NCBI GenBank assembly: GCA_964593365.1
Contig: CAZQGQ010000001.1
Coordinates: 244,585-308,584, forward strand
Direction: 5' to 3'
Source: an uncultured Candidatus Saccharibacteria bacterium
Lineage (GTDB): Bacteria; Patescibacteriota; Minisyncoccia; Phycocordibacterales; Phycocordibacteraceae
DNA: 64,000 bases
Positions 9,692 through 20,162 of the stretch are shown piece after piece. Under the pieces are notes generated by a model, which was given only the letters and a program-made list of their open reading frames with translations, searched no databases and had not been told where the DNA came from. Both the position numbers and the translations under genes were made by a program. Numbering within the stretch: position 1 is the first letter of the stretch; each line of letters begins with the position of its first letter.

Positions 9692-9964
9692 ATGGAAAGC
9701 GAACATGATGAACTGAAAGGTCTTCTTGAAGAGAACCTGCAGGTAGCAAAAGAGACCAATAAGCTCATAAAAGACATGCGCCGCGACGCTCTCATTGGCG
9801 GAGTGTTGAAGACCGTCATCTGGGTTGTCCTCCTCTTCGTTTCGTTTTACTTCTCGATGCAGTTCCTGGCGCCGTACCTCTCTATGCTCGAGGGAATCCA
9901 GGGAGAGGGCGGAATGGATTTCAACGCGCTTTTTGAGCAGTATCAGGCGCAATTCGGGCAGTAG
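9692..9964 (+). CDS. small hypothetical protein (coiled N-terminus plus one TM helix)
   Basis: 90-aa ORF between tRNA-Arg and tRNA-Phe, with TM VLKTVIWVVLLFVSFYF. It is on the same strand as the flanking tRNAs. Confidence 0.45.
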   Translation: MESEHDELKGLLEENLQVAKETNKLIKDMRRDALIGGVLKTVIWVVLLFVSFYFSMQFLAPYLSMLEGIQGEGGMDFNALFEQYQAQFGQ

Positions 9965-10003
9965 ATGAAAGGAAAAGCCGGATATGCTAGTATTTTGCGA
10001 GTC

Positions 10004-10076
10004 GCTTGGGTAGCTCAGTTGGTAGAGCACTTCCCTGAAGAGGAAGGGGTCGCCGGTTCAAGCCCGGCCCCAAGCA
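10004..10076 (+). tRNA. tRNA-Phe (anticodon GAA)
   Basis: Acceptor GCTTGGG/CCCAAGC, D-arm GCTCAGTTGGTAGAGC, anticodon stem CTTCC/GGAAG with loop CTGAAGA, T-arm GCCGGTTCAAGCCCGGC. Confidence 0.9.
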
Positions 10077-10082
10077 CATTGT

Positions 10083-11183
10083 ATGGGCCTCGCTGCGTCA
10101 CATCGTATGTTCAATGAGGCGCTCTCGTTTGCCTCCCGAAACGAACGCAAGCTCGGTGCAGGCTTGTTCGCGTTTGGGTTTTTGACCGATCTCCTTACGT
10201 TCACGCTGCTTCCGCTTTCGGTCATAAACATCTTCTTCGCAAGTTATCTCGTGCTTGCCGCCGTCTGTACCTTCGGCGCGAACGTCATGACGCGCTTTGC
10301 TCTCAACGAAACCTGGTGGCGAAAGACGCTCACCGTTCTCTTTCCGCTTGGCGTCCAGTACGCGCTTGGAGGGCTCTTGTCTGGGTTCGTCGTTTTCTAT
10401 GCAAGCCACTCGGTTGTTGCTGTGTCCTGGCCGTTTCTCGCACTCCTTGCGGTAGTGTATTTTGGAAATGAATATTTCAGGAAGCAGCGCGAACACCTTA
10501 TCTTCCAGACCATTCTCTTCTTCTTCGCCCTCTACGCATATGCGATTTTCGCGCTTCCGTTAATCATTGGTTCTATCGGTCCATGGATCTTTGTCGGAAG
10601 CACGCTAGCCGCGCTGCTTCTCTTCGCTCTGTTCCTCTGGCTCTTGCGCCTGGTGAATCAGGCGCGTGCAAAGGAGAACCTGCGCCCGATAGCGGTGATT
10701 ACGCTTGCGATAACGCTCCTTGTCTCAGGAGCCTATTTCACCGGGGTCATTCCTCCGCTCCCGCTCGCGCTTGCCGAAAGCGGCATCTATCACGCGGTGG
10801 CTCGAACCCCTTCCGGCTATTCGCTTAAGACAGAAGGAGAGCGTTCGTGGTGGGAATTCTGGGCACCCACGCTCCATGTCGTCCCGGGATCTCCTCTCTA
10901 TGCCTATAGCGCTATCGCAGCACCCGCTTCTTTTGGAAGCACGGTCGTGCATCGCTGGGAATACCTGGATGGGCGCGGACGCTGGATCACGGAGAGCAGG
11001 ATCGCGTTCCCGATTACCGGAGGGCGCCAGGGAGGATATCGAGGCTATTCGGCCAAGGAAAACCTCGCAGAGGGCAATTGGAGGGTCTCTATCGAAACGT
11101 CAGGCGGCCAGGTGATCGGACGCATCGGCTTTATGGTAGAAAACACACCGTTCGCACCGGCACTCCAAACGGTTACGCGCTAA
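10083..11183 (+). CDS. hypothetical integral membrane protein (N-terminal 6-7 TM, C-terminal soluble domain)
   Basis: Long ORF with multiple hydrophobic helices. No recognised family motif. The start is uncertain (alternative ATG at 10110). Confidence 0.55.
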   Translation: MGLAASHRMFNEALSFASRNERKLGAGLFAFGFLTDLLTFTLLPLSVINIFFASYLVLAAVCTFGANVMTRFALNETWWRKTLTVLFPLGVQYALGGLLSGFVVFYASHSVVAVSWPFLALLAVVYFGNEYFRKQREHLIFQTILFFFALYAYAIFALPLIIGSIGPWIFVGSTLAALLLFALFLWLLRLVNQARAKENLRPIAVITLAITLLVSGAYFTGVIPPLPLALAESGIYHAVARTPSGYSLKTEGERSWWEFWAPTLHVVPGSPLYAYSAIAAPASFGSTVVHRWEYLDGRGRWITESRIAFPITGGRQGGYRGYSAKENLAEGNWRVSIETSGGQVIGRIGFMVENTPFAPALQTVTR

Positions 11184-11656
11184 GTCGAGCGGACGCGAAG
11201 CTTGGTCTGGCGAGCCTTATCGAGCTTAGGAAGGGTAATGGAGAGTAGGCCGTCTTTTGCTGAAGCGGTTGCGCCGTCTACATCGACTTCCTGGGGAAGC
11301 ATGATGGTTCGGGAGAACGAGCCCCAGAAGAGCTCCTGGCTGAAGTAGTCAGACCCTACTGATTCGCTTCGTTCTTCGCGAGCTCCTTCGATGACGACCA
11401 TGTCGCGGCTGATGGAAACACTCACTTCTTCTGGACGAACGCCTGCTACAAAGGTGCGGATCACAATCTCGTCTGCGGTCTGGTACATGTCGACGGGAAG
11501 CTGGCCTTCGCTTCGTTCTTCTGGAAGGTGTGAAGGGGATGGATTAACGGAGCGGCGCGCTGGAGGGGCATCTACTTCGTCATCAAATACATCGTACTCG
11601 TCATCGATGGGGCGAGAGCCGGAGAGTCGTTCGAAAAGTGAGCGTTTCTTTTGCAT
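11180..11656 (-). CDS. Hsp20/alpha-crystallin family small heat-shock protein
   Basis: ...IVIRTFVAGVRPEEVSVSI...MVVIEGAREE...GSFSRTIMLPQEVD...KDGLLSITLPK, the canonical alpha-crystallin domain. Confidence 0.85.
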   Translation of the reverse strand: MQKKRSLFERLSGSRPIDDEYDVFDDEVDAPPARRSVNPSPSHLPEERSEGQLPVDMYQTADEIVIRTFVAGVRPEEVSVSISRDMVVIEGAREERSESVGSDYFSQELFWGSFSRTIMLPQEVDVDGATASAKDGLLSITLPKLDKARQTKLRVRST

Positions 11657-11668
11657 GAGGATAATCGC

Positions 11669-12379
11669 TTAGCAGGTATTTTTTGATAAATTGCGATAGC
11701 GGAAGTACTTCAGTATCTCAAACGCAGCGAAGAACACAACTGCGCCAGTCCAGACCGTGAAGAACGCTAGGATTGTGGTCGAACCACCTTCTCGAATTAT
11801 AAAAAAGTTAAAGAGAGCATGCAATCCGATCGCAAGGATAAGTCCGAAGGATGCGATCACTGCGCGCATAGACGGCCGCGAGCGGTACGAGAAGGCGAGC
11901 GCAAACCCAATCGCAGATGAGGCGATCACATGGAGCAAGGTCGAGCCGATGAAGCGCAGGTTGTTAGTCACAAATCCTGCAAGGAAGCGTCCCTCAGACA
12001 GAGGATCAATCAAAAAGAGCGCGTTCTCAAGCGCCGCAAACCCAAGCGCGACGGTAATCATGCAGATCACGATGTCGATCGAGTTTCGGACTGCGTTCTT
12101 GAAGATGAGCGCGACTCCAGCAAAGAGAAGGTATTTCATCGTCTCTTCCGCGGTTGCCCACGCGATGATGACGCCGATCTCACTCGTGAGATACGTGCGG
12201 GCAAGGTCTTCAAACGGAAGCACCAAGGGAACCGCAAGCATGCCGGCGACGAAGGTAACGAAGATCGCCCAGGGCGGCTGCGGGCAGCGCTCTTCCTCTT
12301 TCAAGAGGAAATAGAGCCAGATGAGCGCCGGCAGAAGTCCGCCTATGAATGCATAGGTGAGAGTCTCCAGTGGAGGCAT
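11669..12379 (-). CDS. PrsW-family intramembrane metalloprotease
   Basis: The PrsW motifs are in order: EExxK (AEETMKY), FxxxE (FAALENALF) and HxxxN (HALFN), on a 7-TM scaffold. Confidence 0.7.
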   Translation of the reverse strand: MPPLETLTYAFIGGLLPALIWLYFLLKEEERCPQPPWAIFVTFVAGMLAVPLVLPFEDLARTYLTSEIGVIIAWATAEETMKYLLFAGVALIFKNAVRNSIDIVICMITVALGFAALENALFLIDPLSEGRFLAGFVTNNLRFIGSTLLHVIASSAIGFALAFSYRSRPSMRAVIASFGLILAIGLHALFNFFIIREGGSTTILAFFTVWTGAVVFFAAFEILKYFRYRNLSKNTC

Positions 12380-12405
12380 GTGCCTATTCTAACAGGAGAT
12401 TGGTG

Positions 12406-14526
12406 CTACTTTTGCGCGGGCCACGGGGCGACCATGAGAAGACCTGTATTTCCAGGAAGGGACGACCAGATCTCTTCGGTAACAAAGGGCATAAACGGAT
12501 GGAGCAGGGTGAGGATGCGCTTCAAGATAATGCGAAGGACGGTAGAGCGCGACTGCTTGGCGATAAGATCGTCTCCCTGGAGGATTGCCTTGGATTCCTC
12601 AAGAATGACATCTGCAAGGCGATGCCATGCGTAATGATAGAGCTTCTCGGCTGCCATATACGCGCGGTAGGAGTCCAAATCCCGGGTAACGTCAGCGGTA
12701 AGCGCATCAAGTTCCGCAAGAAGCACCCCGTCTTCCTCTTGCAGGGCATCGCTATCGTTTTCGTCAGCTCGCTCAAGAATGAAGCGCGTGATATTCCAAA
12801 GTTTGTTCGAGAAATGCTTGTAGCCTTTCACTTTGTCTTCTTGAAGCGCGAGATCCGTTCCCGGAGTGTTTCCGACGATGAGCGCCATGCGAAGCGCGTC
12901 CGTTCCGTACTTATCTGTGAGCGTAAGCGGATTGATAACGTTGCCTTTCGACTTACTCATCTTCTTTCCTTTCGCGTCATTCACGAGCCCATGGAAATAC
13001 ACTTTGGAGAACGGCACCTGGTCTGAAAGATAGAGCCCGAATACGATCATTCGCGATACCCAGAAGAAGATGAGGTCGCGCCCGGTCTCCATAACATCGG
13101 TCGGGTAATACGTACTGAAATCTTTCCCATCTGGATACCCGGTCACGAGAAGCGGCCACTGTCCGGAAGAGAACCAGGTATCGAAGGTGTCGATGTCTTG
13201 CGTCCATCCTTCTCCGGGGCTCTCAAGCGAGGCCACCGCAGTCCCGTCCTTGAACCATGCGGGAATAGGGATGCCCCAGACGATCTGGCGGCTGATGTTC
13301 CAATCGAGCGTGTTCTCCATCCAGTGCCTGAAGGTCTTCTCTTCGTACTCAGGAATGAAGCGCACGTCGCCTGAATTTACTGCCGTGATCGCCATGTTTG
13401 CGAGCGGTGCCATCTTCACGAACCATTGGTCTTTCACCTGCGGCTCGATGACGGTCTGGCACTTGTAGCACTTTTTCACGACGTTCTTATACGCTTCGTC
13501 TGTCTTCACCACGAGACCTTTTGCTTGCAGTTTCTCGACGATCTTCGCTCGCGCTTCCGTTATCTTCATCCCTTCAAACTCTGCAGCGACCGGAAGAAGC
13601 TTTCCTCGCTCATCAATGATCTGTTGCATATCCAAGCTATGGCGCTTCGCGATCTCAAAGTCGATCTGCGAGTGCCAAGGGGTGATCGTCATGACTCCGG
13701 TCCCAAATTCCATATCTGCCGCTGCATCCTTGATGACGGTCGCCGTGATAGGACCATTGATCCACTCCACTTCAAGCGTGTCTCCATGCTTCCATTTGCT
13801 GTAGCGCTTATCGTCCGGGTGCATGACGACGTACTTGTCTCCGAACTTTGTTTCCGGGCGCACCGTGCCTATCTCAAAGGGGCCGTAGGTAAGCGTGTAG
13901 AACGGAGTCGTTTCCTCGACGCTGTCCGTCTCGACATCTGACAGGGAGGTCTGGTGCTTGAAGCACCAATTGACCGTACGCGCTCCGCGATACACAAGGC
14001 CGTCATTGAACATCTTCACGAAGGTCTGCTGCACTCGCTTCACGACATCGGGGTCAAGTGTGAATTTCTCGCGCGACCAGTCGCAGGAGGCGCCGAGCGC
14101 ACGCACCTGGTTTTCCATCGTGGTCTTGTTCGCGAGCGTGAAGGCGAGTATTTCCTTATAGAGCTCCTTCGGATCCATCCCGAAGCGTGAGCGTCCTTCC
14201 TTCTCGAGCTTCTTCTCGTAGACGACCTGCGTCTCAAACCCCGCGTGATCTGCTCCCGGTATCCAAAGCGCGCGGTACCCCTGCATTCGCTTGAAGCGGG
14301 TAAAGATGTCTTGCACGGTCACAAAGAGCGCGTGTCCCGCATGGAGGTCTCCGTTTGCGTTTGGCGGAGGCATGACGATCGTGAAGGGCTTGCCCTCTGT
14401 CTGGCTCAGGAGTTCCTTGGGCAGGTTGTCCGGATTGAAATACCCGCTTTCCTCCCAGGCCGCATAGATGCGCGTCTCGGTCTGGGCCGGGTCGTACGGC
14501 TTGAGGAATTTCTCATTCATCGTCAA
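12406..14526 (-). CDS. valS: valyl-tRNA synthetase (short form lacking C-terminal coiled coil)
   Basis: Class I motifs PPNANGDLHAGHA and KMSKSKGNVI. ValRS-type blocks include WCFKHQTSLSD and DTFDTWFSSGQWP. Confidence 0.85.
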   Translation of the reverse strand: MTMNEKFLKPYDPAQTETRIYAAWEESGYFNPDNLPKELLSQTEGKPFTIVMPPPNANGDLHAGHALFVTVQDIFTRFKRMQGYRALWIPGADHAGFETQVVYEKKLEKEGRSRFGMDPKELYKEILAFTLANKTTMENQVRALGASCDWSREKFTLDPDVVKRVQQTFVKMFNDGLVYRGARTVNWCFKHQTSLSDVETDSVEETTPFYTLTYGPFEIGTVRPETKFGDKYVVMHPDDKRYSKWKHGDTLEVEWINGPITATVIKDAAADMEFGTGVMTITPWHSQIDFEIAKRHSLDMQQIIDERGKLLPVAAEFEGMKITEARAKIVEKLQAKGLVVKTDEAYKNVVKKCYKCQTVIEPQVKDQWFVKMAPLANMAITAVNSGDVRFIPEYEEKTFRHWMENTLDWNISRQIVWGIPIPAWFKDGTAVASLESPGEGWTQDIDTFDTWFSSGQWPLLVTGYPDGKDFSTYYPTDVMETGRDLIFFWVSRMIVFGLYLSDQVPFSKVYFHGLVNDAKGKKMSKSKGNVINPLTLTDKYGTDALRMALIVGNTPGTDLALQEDKVKGYKHFSNKLWNITRFILERADENDSDALQEEDGVLLAELDALTADVTRDLDSYRAYMAAEKLYHYAWHRLADVILEESKAILQGDDLIAKQSRSTVLRIILKRILTLLHPFMPFVTEEIWSSLPGNTGLLMVAPWPAQK

Positions 14527-14556
14527 AATATAGCAAAAAGAAGCCTGTTTTGCTTG

Positions 14557-15729
14557 CTAGCGCTCGGAAAGGGACAGGTTGCTGTTGGCTTCGAATTCAG
14601 TTGCAAACATCCCGAGCTTAGCGCGGAAATACCCTGCAACGGCGATCATGATCGCATTGTCAGTGGTCAGGGAAGCGGGCGGGATGCGAAGTTCAGTTTC
14701 CGGATGCTCGTCTTTGATTAATTCTGCGAAGACTTTGCGAATCTGCTTGTTCGCAGAGACGCCCCCGCCAAGCGCAAGTAATTTAGCGTTCGTCTCATCA
14801 AGCGCCCTTGAAGTCTTCTTCCAAAGAACCTCACACACGGCGTCTTCAAATTCCTCCGCAAGCTTCTCGCGCTCTTCTTGAGTAATATCCGGATGTTTTT
14901 TCAAAAGATAGAGAACCGACGTCTTGATACCGCTCCACGAGAAATCACAGGAATCATCAGTAAGCATGGGGCGTGGAAGAGTGAACGGCTTTGGAGCACC
15001 GCTTGCGCGTCCCGCCTCAGCAAGCTTCGAGATCTCAGGGCCGCCCGGATATGGAAGGCCGAGCATGCGCGCGACTTTATCGAACGCTTCGCCAACGGCA
15101 TCATCTCGCGTCCTGCCAATGAGCGTATAGGAAAACCAGTCACGCATTAAGACAAGCTCCGTGTGTCCTCCAGAAATAAGAAGAGTGAGAAGCGGGAAGG
15201 CTGGAGTTGCCAAGACAAGTTCCTTCTCGCTTTCAAGCGCTAGAAGGCCTGCAAGCAAATGTCCTTCCATGTGGTTAATAGGAACCACGGGAATATTCCA
15301 GGCAAGAGAGAGCGCCTTGGTAAAGTTCACTCCGACCCAAAGCGCAGGAGCAAGCCCAGGACCATGGGTCACTGCGATCGCATCTATCTGCGGGCGCTCG
15401 GTACGTGAGATGAAGGAGAGAAACGCGTCAGAAAGGCCTGGCTCTCGCTCGAGGATGCGGGCAAGTTCTTCCTGCGTTGGAACATCCTGTGGAGTCTCAG
15501 TATACAAACCAGCTTCTTCAAGTGTTGCGGCAAGGAGCGGTACGAGGTTTTTTGCATGTTCTCGCTTGGCGAGTGTTGGATAGACGCCCCCATATTCCCG
15601 ATGCAGCTCGATTTGGGAGAGCGCGGCGTTTCCAAGAATCGTAAAGCGAGTGGAATCTCCAGCCTCGCGCCCTTCAAGCAGCGCGATGGCCGTATCGTCG
15701 CAGGATGTCTCAATCGCGAGGATTCGCAT
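14557..15729 (-). CDS. tsaD: tRNA N6-adenosine threonylcarbamoyltransferase TsaD
   Basis: MRILAIETSCDDTAIAL... plus HMEGHL and the GLPYPGGP signature of Kae1/TsaD. Confidence 0.9.
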   Translation of the reverse strand: MRILAIETSCDDTAIALLEGREAGDSTRFTILGNAALSQIELHREYGGVYPTLAKREHAKNLVPLLAATLEEAGLYTETPQDVPTQEELARILEREPGLSDAFLSFISRTERPQIDAIAVTHGPGLAPALWVGVNFTKALSLAWNIPVVPINHMEGHLLAGLLALESEKELVLATPAFPLLTLLISGGHTELVLMRDWFSYTLIGRTRDDAVGEAFDKVARMLGLPYPGGPEISKLAEAGRASGAPKPFTLPRPMLTDDSCDFSWSGIKTSVLYLLKKHPDITQEEREKLAEEFEDAVCEVLWKKTSRALDETNAKLLALGGGVSANKQIRKVFAELIKDEHPETELRIPPASLTTDNAIMIAVAGYFRAKLGMFATEFEANSNLSLSER

Positions 15730-16576
15730 CGTCTTTGATCAGGGTCCAAGGATAAGGACCTTCGCGAGGAATAAGGAATCCGGCAGAGCTTGTGTGGCCG
15801 TTGCCTCCGAATTTCTCCGCAATGGCCGCGACATTCACTGAACCATCGCCGCGAATGGAAACGCCGTATCCATAGGGATGCGCTGCGACAACAAGCGCGA
15901 TGGGCGGATACTTTTTCGCAAGCTTGTTTCCGACCAGCGACTTCATCGGCTTGTATGGATGAGCGGTCGCGAAAGCGCAGGTGTAGCCCTCGAACTCGAC
16001 GAGTACGGATTTCTCAACAGCAAGGTCAGCAAGGAGTTCAAAATACTCGCCATAGGTGCGCGCCTTCATGATAAGCGTCTCTCGGGTGCTTGGATCTGCA
16101 AGCATGCTAGCTACCTCGTCCCAGAACTCGAACGTGGTTGGGTTAACGCCTAGATAAGCGAGCATAGGGCGGGTATCGGGAAGCGAGAAGCGGAAGAGGT
16201 CATCGTCCTCTATATATTGGAGAAGCTCGGGGATGGCTTCGCCGGGATGGAAATAGTTCCAGGCAAGAGTAGCTCCGGAATGATCGGTGCTGTAGACGTG
16301 GTCTGGCATGCTCTCGATCACATCCTGGACTCCTTCATGATGGTCGAGGACGGTGAGGGAGGTAGCAGCCTCAAGGAAGCGGTCCATGACATCTTTTGTA
16401 TATACGAAATCGATGAAATAGACCTTGTTGCCGCGAGCGGTCTCTACCGGAGGCTCCTCGTTCCTGGAAAGGGAAATATACTCGGCAGAAGTGCCAAGTT
16501 TTTTCCAGGCGGCATACGCCCCGCCAAACCCGTCTGGGCAGCCGCCGTGATAGAAAACAATCGTTCGCTCGCCCAT
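15710..16576 (-). CDS. DHH/DHHA1 phosphoesterase (NrnA-like nanoRNase/pAp phosphatase)
   Basis: DHH motif VLDHHEG and DHHA1 motif GGNGHTSSAGF. Confidence 0.8.
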   Translation of the reverse strand: MGERTIVFYHGGCPDGFGGAYAAWKKLGTSAEYISLSRNEEPPVETARGNKVYFIDFVYTKDVMDRFLEAATSLTVLDHHEGVQDVIESMPDHVYSTDHSGATLAWNYFHPGEAIPELLQYIEDDDLFRFSLPDTRPMLAYLGVNPTTFEFWDEVASMLADPSTRETLIMKARTYGEYFELLADLAVEKSVLVEFEGYTCAFATAHPYKPMKSLVGNKLAKKYPPIALVVAAHPYGYGVSIRGDGSVNVAAIAEKFGGNGHTSSAGFLIPREGPYPWTLIKDDANPRD

Positions 16577-16622
16577 ATAGCATCCGTTATAGCCTATTTA
16601 TACGCGGTATACTAGTCGGATT

Positions 16623-18395
16623 ATGCATTCCATGTGGCGGAGTAATATACCGCGGACCACCAATCCGCTTCGCTTCTTTTTCTTTGCGTCTCGTCCGCAC
16701 TGGAAAATGGCCCTTCTGGCATCTTTGTTCGTCATCACTTCGGCTGCTCTAAGCGCCTTTATCCCGTACCTGTACAAGCTCATTGTCGATGCCGTCATGG
16801 TTCTTGATGAGGGTTCCTATAGGCCAGTGTGGATCGCGGTCTTCACGTATGTGGCCATTTCCCTTACAGCAGACCTCTGCATGCGCGGAAGCGGGTTTGC
16901 CGGCATGCACTGGGCAAACGGCATAAGAGCCACGGTCCGGGAGGCCCTCAACTCCTACATCACGCTTCATAGCTACCGATACTTCTCTAATAACTTTGCA
17001 GGCTCGCTTGCAAGCAAAATCAAGCAGGCTGCTGAAAGCCTTTCCGACTTATCTGAGATGTATCTCTGGTCCTTCCTTGGGTTTTTTGTCTCCGTGGTCA
17101 CGGGCTTCACCATCGTGTTCCTTACGAGCCCAGTCGTTGGGCTTATCTTGTTTGGGCTCTTTGCGATCATTACGCCCTTGAACATTGTCCTTGCCCGAGG
17201 CCGCGTACCGCTTTCAGTCGCTAACCAGGCAGCAGAAACAAAATTGACTGGAGCAAACATCGACCTGCTTACCAACATCAATGCGGTGCATGAGTATGCT
17301 CGCCGCAAGTTCGAGCTCAAGCATCTGCGAGAGCTCATCCTTATCCGGCGCGAGCGGTCTCTTACCAACTGGCGATACGGCGAGTGGATCCTGCTCTTGA
17401 ATAACGTACTGCAGGCCTTTTTCATCGCAGCCATGATGCTCGTTGCTGTCGACCTCGCGATCAAGGGAGAGATCACCCCGGGCGACATCATCCTCTTCCT
17501 CGCCATGGTGTTCCTGCTTCGAGGACAGCTGACATTCATCGGTTCTCAGTTCAATCACCTTGCAGAGAAGTGGGGAACGATCAAGGAAAGCCTTACGGAT
17601 ATCACCAAAGATCACGAAGTGGCAGATACGCAGGAGGCCTCCGAATTAATGGTTTCCAGAGGCGGCGTCTCGTTTGAAAATGTCGTCTTTGAGTATGAAG
17701 GCATCCCTGTCTTTAGCGATCTTACCTTCGATATCCCTGCCGGGCAGCGAGTGGGAATCATTGGCAGAAGCGGTGCGGGGAAATCCACTCTCGTGAAGCT
17801 CATTTTGCGCCACTATGATCTCAATGGGGGACGCATTGTCATTGATGGCACCGATATAAGCTCAGTCACCAAAGAAAGCCTTCGAGAAGCAATCGCCATA
17901 GTTCCTCAGGAAGCTGCTCTGTTCCATCGCAGTATCCATGACAACATCGCGTATGGGCTTACAAACGCAACGCGCGAAGAAGTCATCCGTGCCGCTACGC
18001 AGGCACAGGCGCACGAATTCATCGAGCGCCTCCCCGAGGGATATGAGTCGATGGTAGGTGAGCGCGGCATAAAGCTTTCAGGCGGTCAGCGCCAGCGCAT
18101 TGCGATTGCGCGTGCGCTCATTAAAGACGCTCCGATCCTTCTCCTTGATGAGGCGACGAGCGCGCTTGATAGTGAGAGCGAAGGTGCCGTGCAAAAGGCA
18201 CTCCTTCGCCTTATGGAAGGCCGCACCGTGCTTGCAATCGCGCATCGCCTCTCGACGCTTCGCGCCATGGATCGGCTGATCATCTTTGATGCCGGGAAGA
18301 TAGTCGAAGACGGAACGCACGAAGAGCTCCTTAAGAAGAAGGGACTGTACGCGGATCTCTGGACGCACCAGGCGGGAGGATTCTTGGAAGACTAG
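16623..18395 (+). CDS. ABC exporter, fused permease and ATP-binding subunit (MsbA-like)
   Basis: Six N-terminal TM helices. Walker A GRSGAGKST, signature LSGGQRQRIAIARAL, Walker B ILLLDEATSALD. Confidence 0.85.
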   Translation: MHSMWRSNIPRTTNPLRFFFFASRPHWKMALLASLFVITSAALSAFIPYLYKLIVDAVMVLDEGSYRPVWIAVFTYVAISLTADLCMRGSGFAGMHWANGIRATVREALNSYITLHSYRYFSNNFAGSLASKIKQAAESLSDLSEMYLWSFLGFFVSVVTGFTIVFLTSPVVGLILFGLFAIITPLNIVLARGRVPLSVANQAAETKLTGANIDLLTNINAVHEYARRKFELKHLRELILIRRERSLTNWRYGEWILLLNNVLQAFFIAAMMLVAVDLAIKGEITPGDIILFLAMVFLLRGQLTFIGSQFNHLAEKWGTIKESLTDITKDHEVADTQEASELMVSRGGVSFENVVFEYEGIPVFSDLTFDIPAGQRVGIIGRSGAGKSTLVKLILRHYDLNGGRIVIDGTDISSVTKESLREAIAIVPQEAALFHRSIHDNIAYGLTNATREEVIRAATQAQAHEFIERLPEGYESMVGERGIKLSGGQRQRIAIARALIKDAPILLLDEATSALDSESEGAVQKALLRLMEGRTVLAIAHRLSTLRAMDRLIIFDAGKIVEDGTHEELLKKKGLYADLWTHQAGGFLED

Positions 18396-19393
18396 GCTTT
18401 CTTGCTTCGCTCTTGAAGCGAGGACCAATACGAGGCTCCCACAAACGCAAGACCGACAAGGCCAGTAATGACTTCTGGCACGTGCGTGAACACGCTTGCA
18501 AGCATCGCCGCAGCAAGACCAAGAATCGCCCAGTGTGCTCCGTGTTCGAGATAGGCAAGAGCGTCGAGGGTCTTTTGGCGGACCATATAGATAGTAAGGG
18601 AGCGAACGAAGTACGCGCCAACGCCAAGCCCAACGACAATCACCGGAAGCTGGTTGGTGATAGCGAAGGCTCCGATAACGCCGTCGAGCGAGAAGGCAGC
18701 GTCGAGGATTTCTAGATAGAGAAAGAGCGCGAGACTTCCGCTTGCCATGGATGCGGCGTTCGCTTCAACTGAGAATGCGTTTGCAATTGCCTGGATACCA
18801 ATGAAAAGCAGGATACCAATGGTGCCTGCGAACAATACGGTCGCTGCAGACTCGGGAAGGACGAGCGCGATAACCGCAAGCACGGCAAGCGCAATGCCTA
18901 TCTCAAGGGCTTCGATACGTCCCCAGCGAGCCACACGGCGCTCAATGAAATGGATCCAGTGCACGTCCTTACCTTCGTCAAAGAAGTATTTCAACGAAAC
19001 CATGAGCAAGAAGATTCCTCCGAAGGAAGAGATAGCCACACGAGCGCCTTCAAGGAGGTGCCCGTACGCCTCCGGGTCATTCAGAACCAATGCGCCAACC
19101 GCAAATGGCGACATCGACACGCTTATCGCAACGATAAGGATGGGAAGCAAGAAGCGCGTTCCAAAGACGGCGATAAGGATACCCCAGGTAAGGAAGTAGT
19201 TCTGCCACTTCGTGTTCATCCGCTTCAGCACTTTTGCGTTAACGACCGCGTTATCAAAGGAAAGAGTAACTTCAAGAATAGTGAGGAGTATGGCAATGAA
19301 CAGAGCGGTCCAACCACCCCACACGAATATGGCGATAAGCGCTACAACCCAAATGATGATTGATACTGAGAACGACCGAATAATTGCATCCAT
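18392..19393 (-). CDS. TerC/DUF475-like integral membrane protein
   Basis: Polytopic, with the LSFDNAV motif characteristic of TerC/DUF475-type membrane proteins. Confidence 0.55.
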   Translation of the reverse strand: MDAIIRSFSVSIIIWVVALIAIFVWGGWTALFIAILLTILEVTLSFDNAVVNAKVLKRMNTKWQNYFLTWGILIAVFGTRFLLPILIVAISVSMSPFAVGALVLNDPEAYGHLLEGARVAISSFGGIFLLMVSLKYFFDEGKDVHWIHFIERRVARWGRIEALEIGIALAVLAVIALVLPESAATVLFAGTIGILLFIGIQAIANAFSVEANAASMASGSLALFLYLEILDAAFSLDGVIGAFAITNQLPVIVVGLGVGAYFVRSLTIYMVRQKTLDALAYLEHGAHWAILGLAAAMLASVFTHVPEVITGLVGLAFVGASYWSSLQERSKKA

Positions 19394-19409
19394 AGCAGGT
19401 TATGAGTTA

Positions 19410-19485
19410 TTGGTGCGCGATACAGGACTCGAACCTGTGACCCTCCCCACGTCAAGGGGATGCTCTACCAACTGAGCTAACCGCG
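19410..19485 (-). tRNA. tRNA-Val (anticodon GAC), CCA encoded
   Basis: Reverse complement reads GCGCGGT-TA-GCTCAGTTGGTAGAGC-A-TCCCC-TTGACGT-GGGGA-GGGTC-ACAGGTTCGAGTCCTGT-ATCGCGC-A-CCA. Confidence 0.85.
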
Positions 19486-19491
19486 CGTAGG

Positions 19492-20151
19492 ATGCAGAAT
19501 ATCGCGTTTAACGGTAGGATTCAACCGCTTATGGAGATAGTACGGCTTACCCCAGATAATCTTGAAGAGGCTGCGAAGAAAGCCTCGGAAGTCCTCGCTG
19601 CAGGCGGCATCGTCGTCTATCCAACCGATACGGTGTACGGCCTTGCCGTCGACGCGCTTGATATGGAAGCACTTAATCGCCTGAAGCGCCTCAAAGGACG
19701 CGACACCAAGCGCCCCATCTCGATCGTTGTTCCGGACCTGAAGACCATGGAAGAATGCGGAACGCTCAATGAGGCAGCGCGAGCATTCGCTTCAACTCAC
19801 TTGCCAGGACCGCTTACGCTCGTGCTCCCGGCGCATCCCTATGTTCCTTCCGAGCTTACGCTTAACGGAGGCGTGGGAGTTCGTATCCCAAACGATCCTT
19901 TCTGTCTTACGCTTGCACGCGCATACGGGCGCCCGTTCACAACGACAAGCGCAAACCAAACGCATATGACGACCCCCAAGACGGTTACCGAACTTGTCTG
20001 GCACTTTGGTCCTCGAGTCTCAGAAATCGCGCTCATCATCGATGACGGCGAGCGTGCCGGAGGGTCCGGTTCAACGGTAGTGTCATGCCTTGAAGAGACG
20101 CCTCGCATTCTTCGCCAAGGCGTCCTTTCTCGCGAAGAACTCGGACTCTAG
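19492..20151 (+). CDS. tsaC: L-threonylcarbamoyladenylate synthase (YrdC/Sua5 domain)
   Basis: VVYPTDTVYGLAVDA...KGRDTKRPISIVV is the YrdC fold signature. The start may be at the downstream ATG near 19525. Confidence 0.8.
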   Translation: MQNIAFNGRIQPLMEIVRLTPDNLEEAAKKASEVLAAGGIVVYPTDTVYGLAVDALDMEALNRLKRLKGRDTKRPISIVVPDLKTMEECGTLNEAARAFASTHLPGPLTLVLPAHPYVPSELTLNGGVGVRIPNDPFCLTLARAYGRPFTTTSANQTHMTTPKTVTELVWHFGPRVSEIALIIDDGERAGGSGSTVVSCLEETPRILRQGVLSREELGL

Positions 20152-20162
20152 TATTCCCTGGC

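Noticed and set aside
9635-10030. 131-aa minus-strand ORF from the six-frame track
   Set aside because: It overlaps tRNA-Arg on the opposite strand and the better-supported + strand small membrane ORF, so it is likely spurious.
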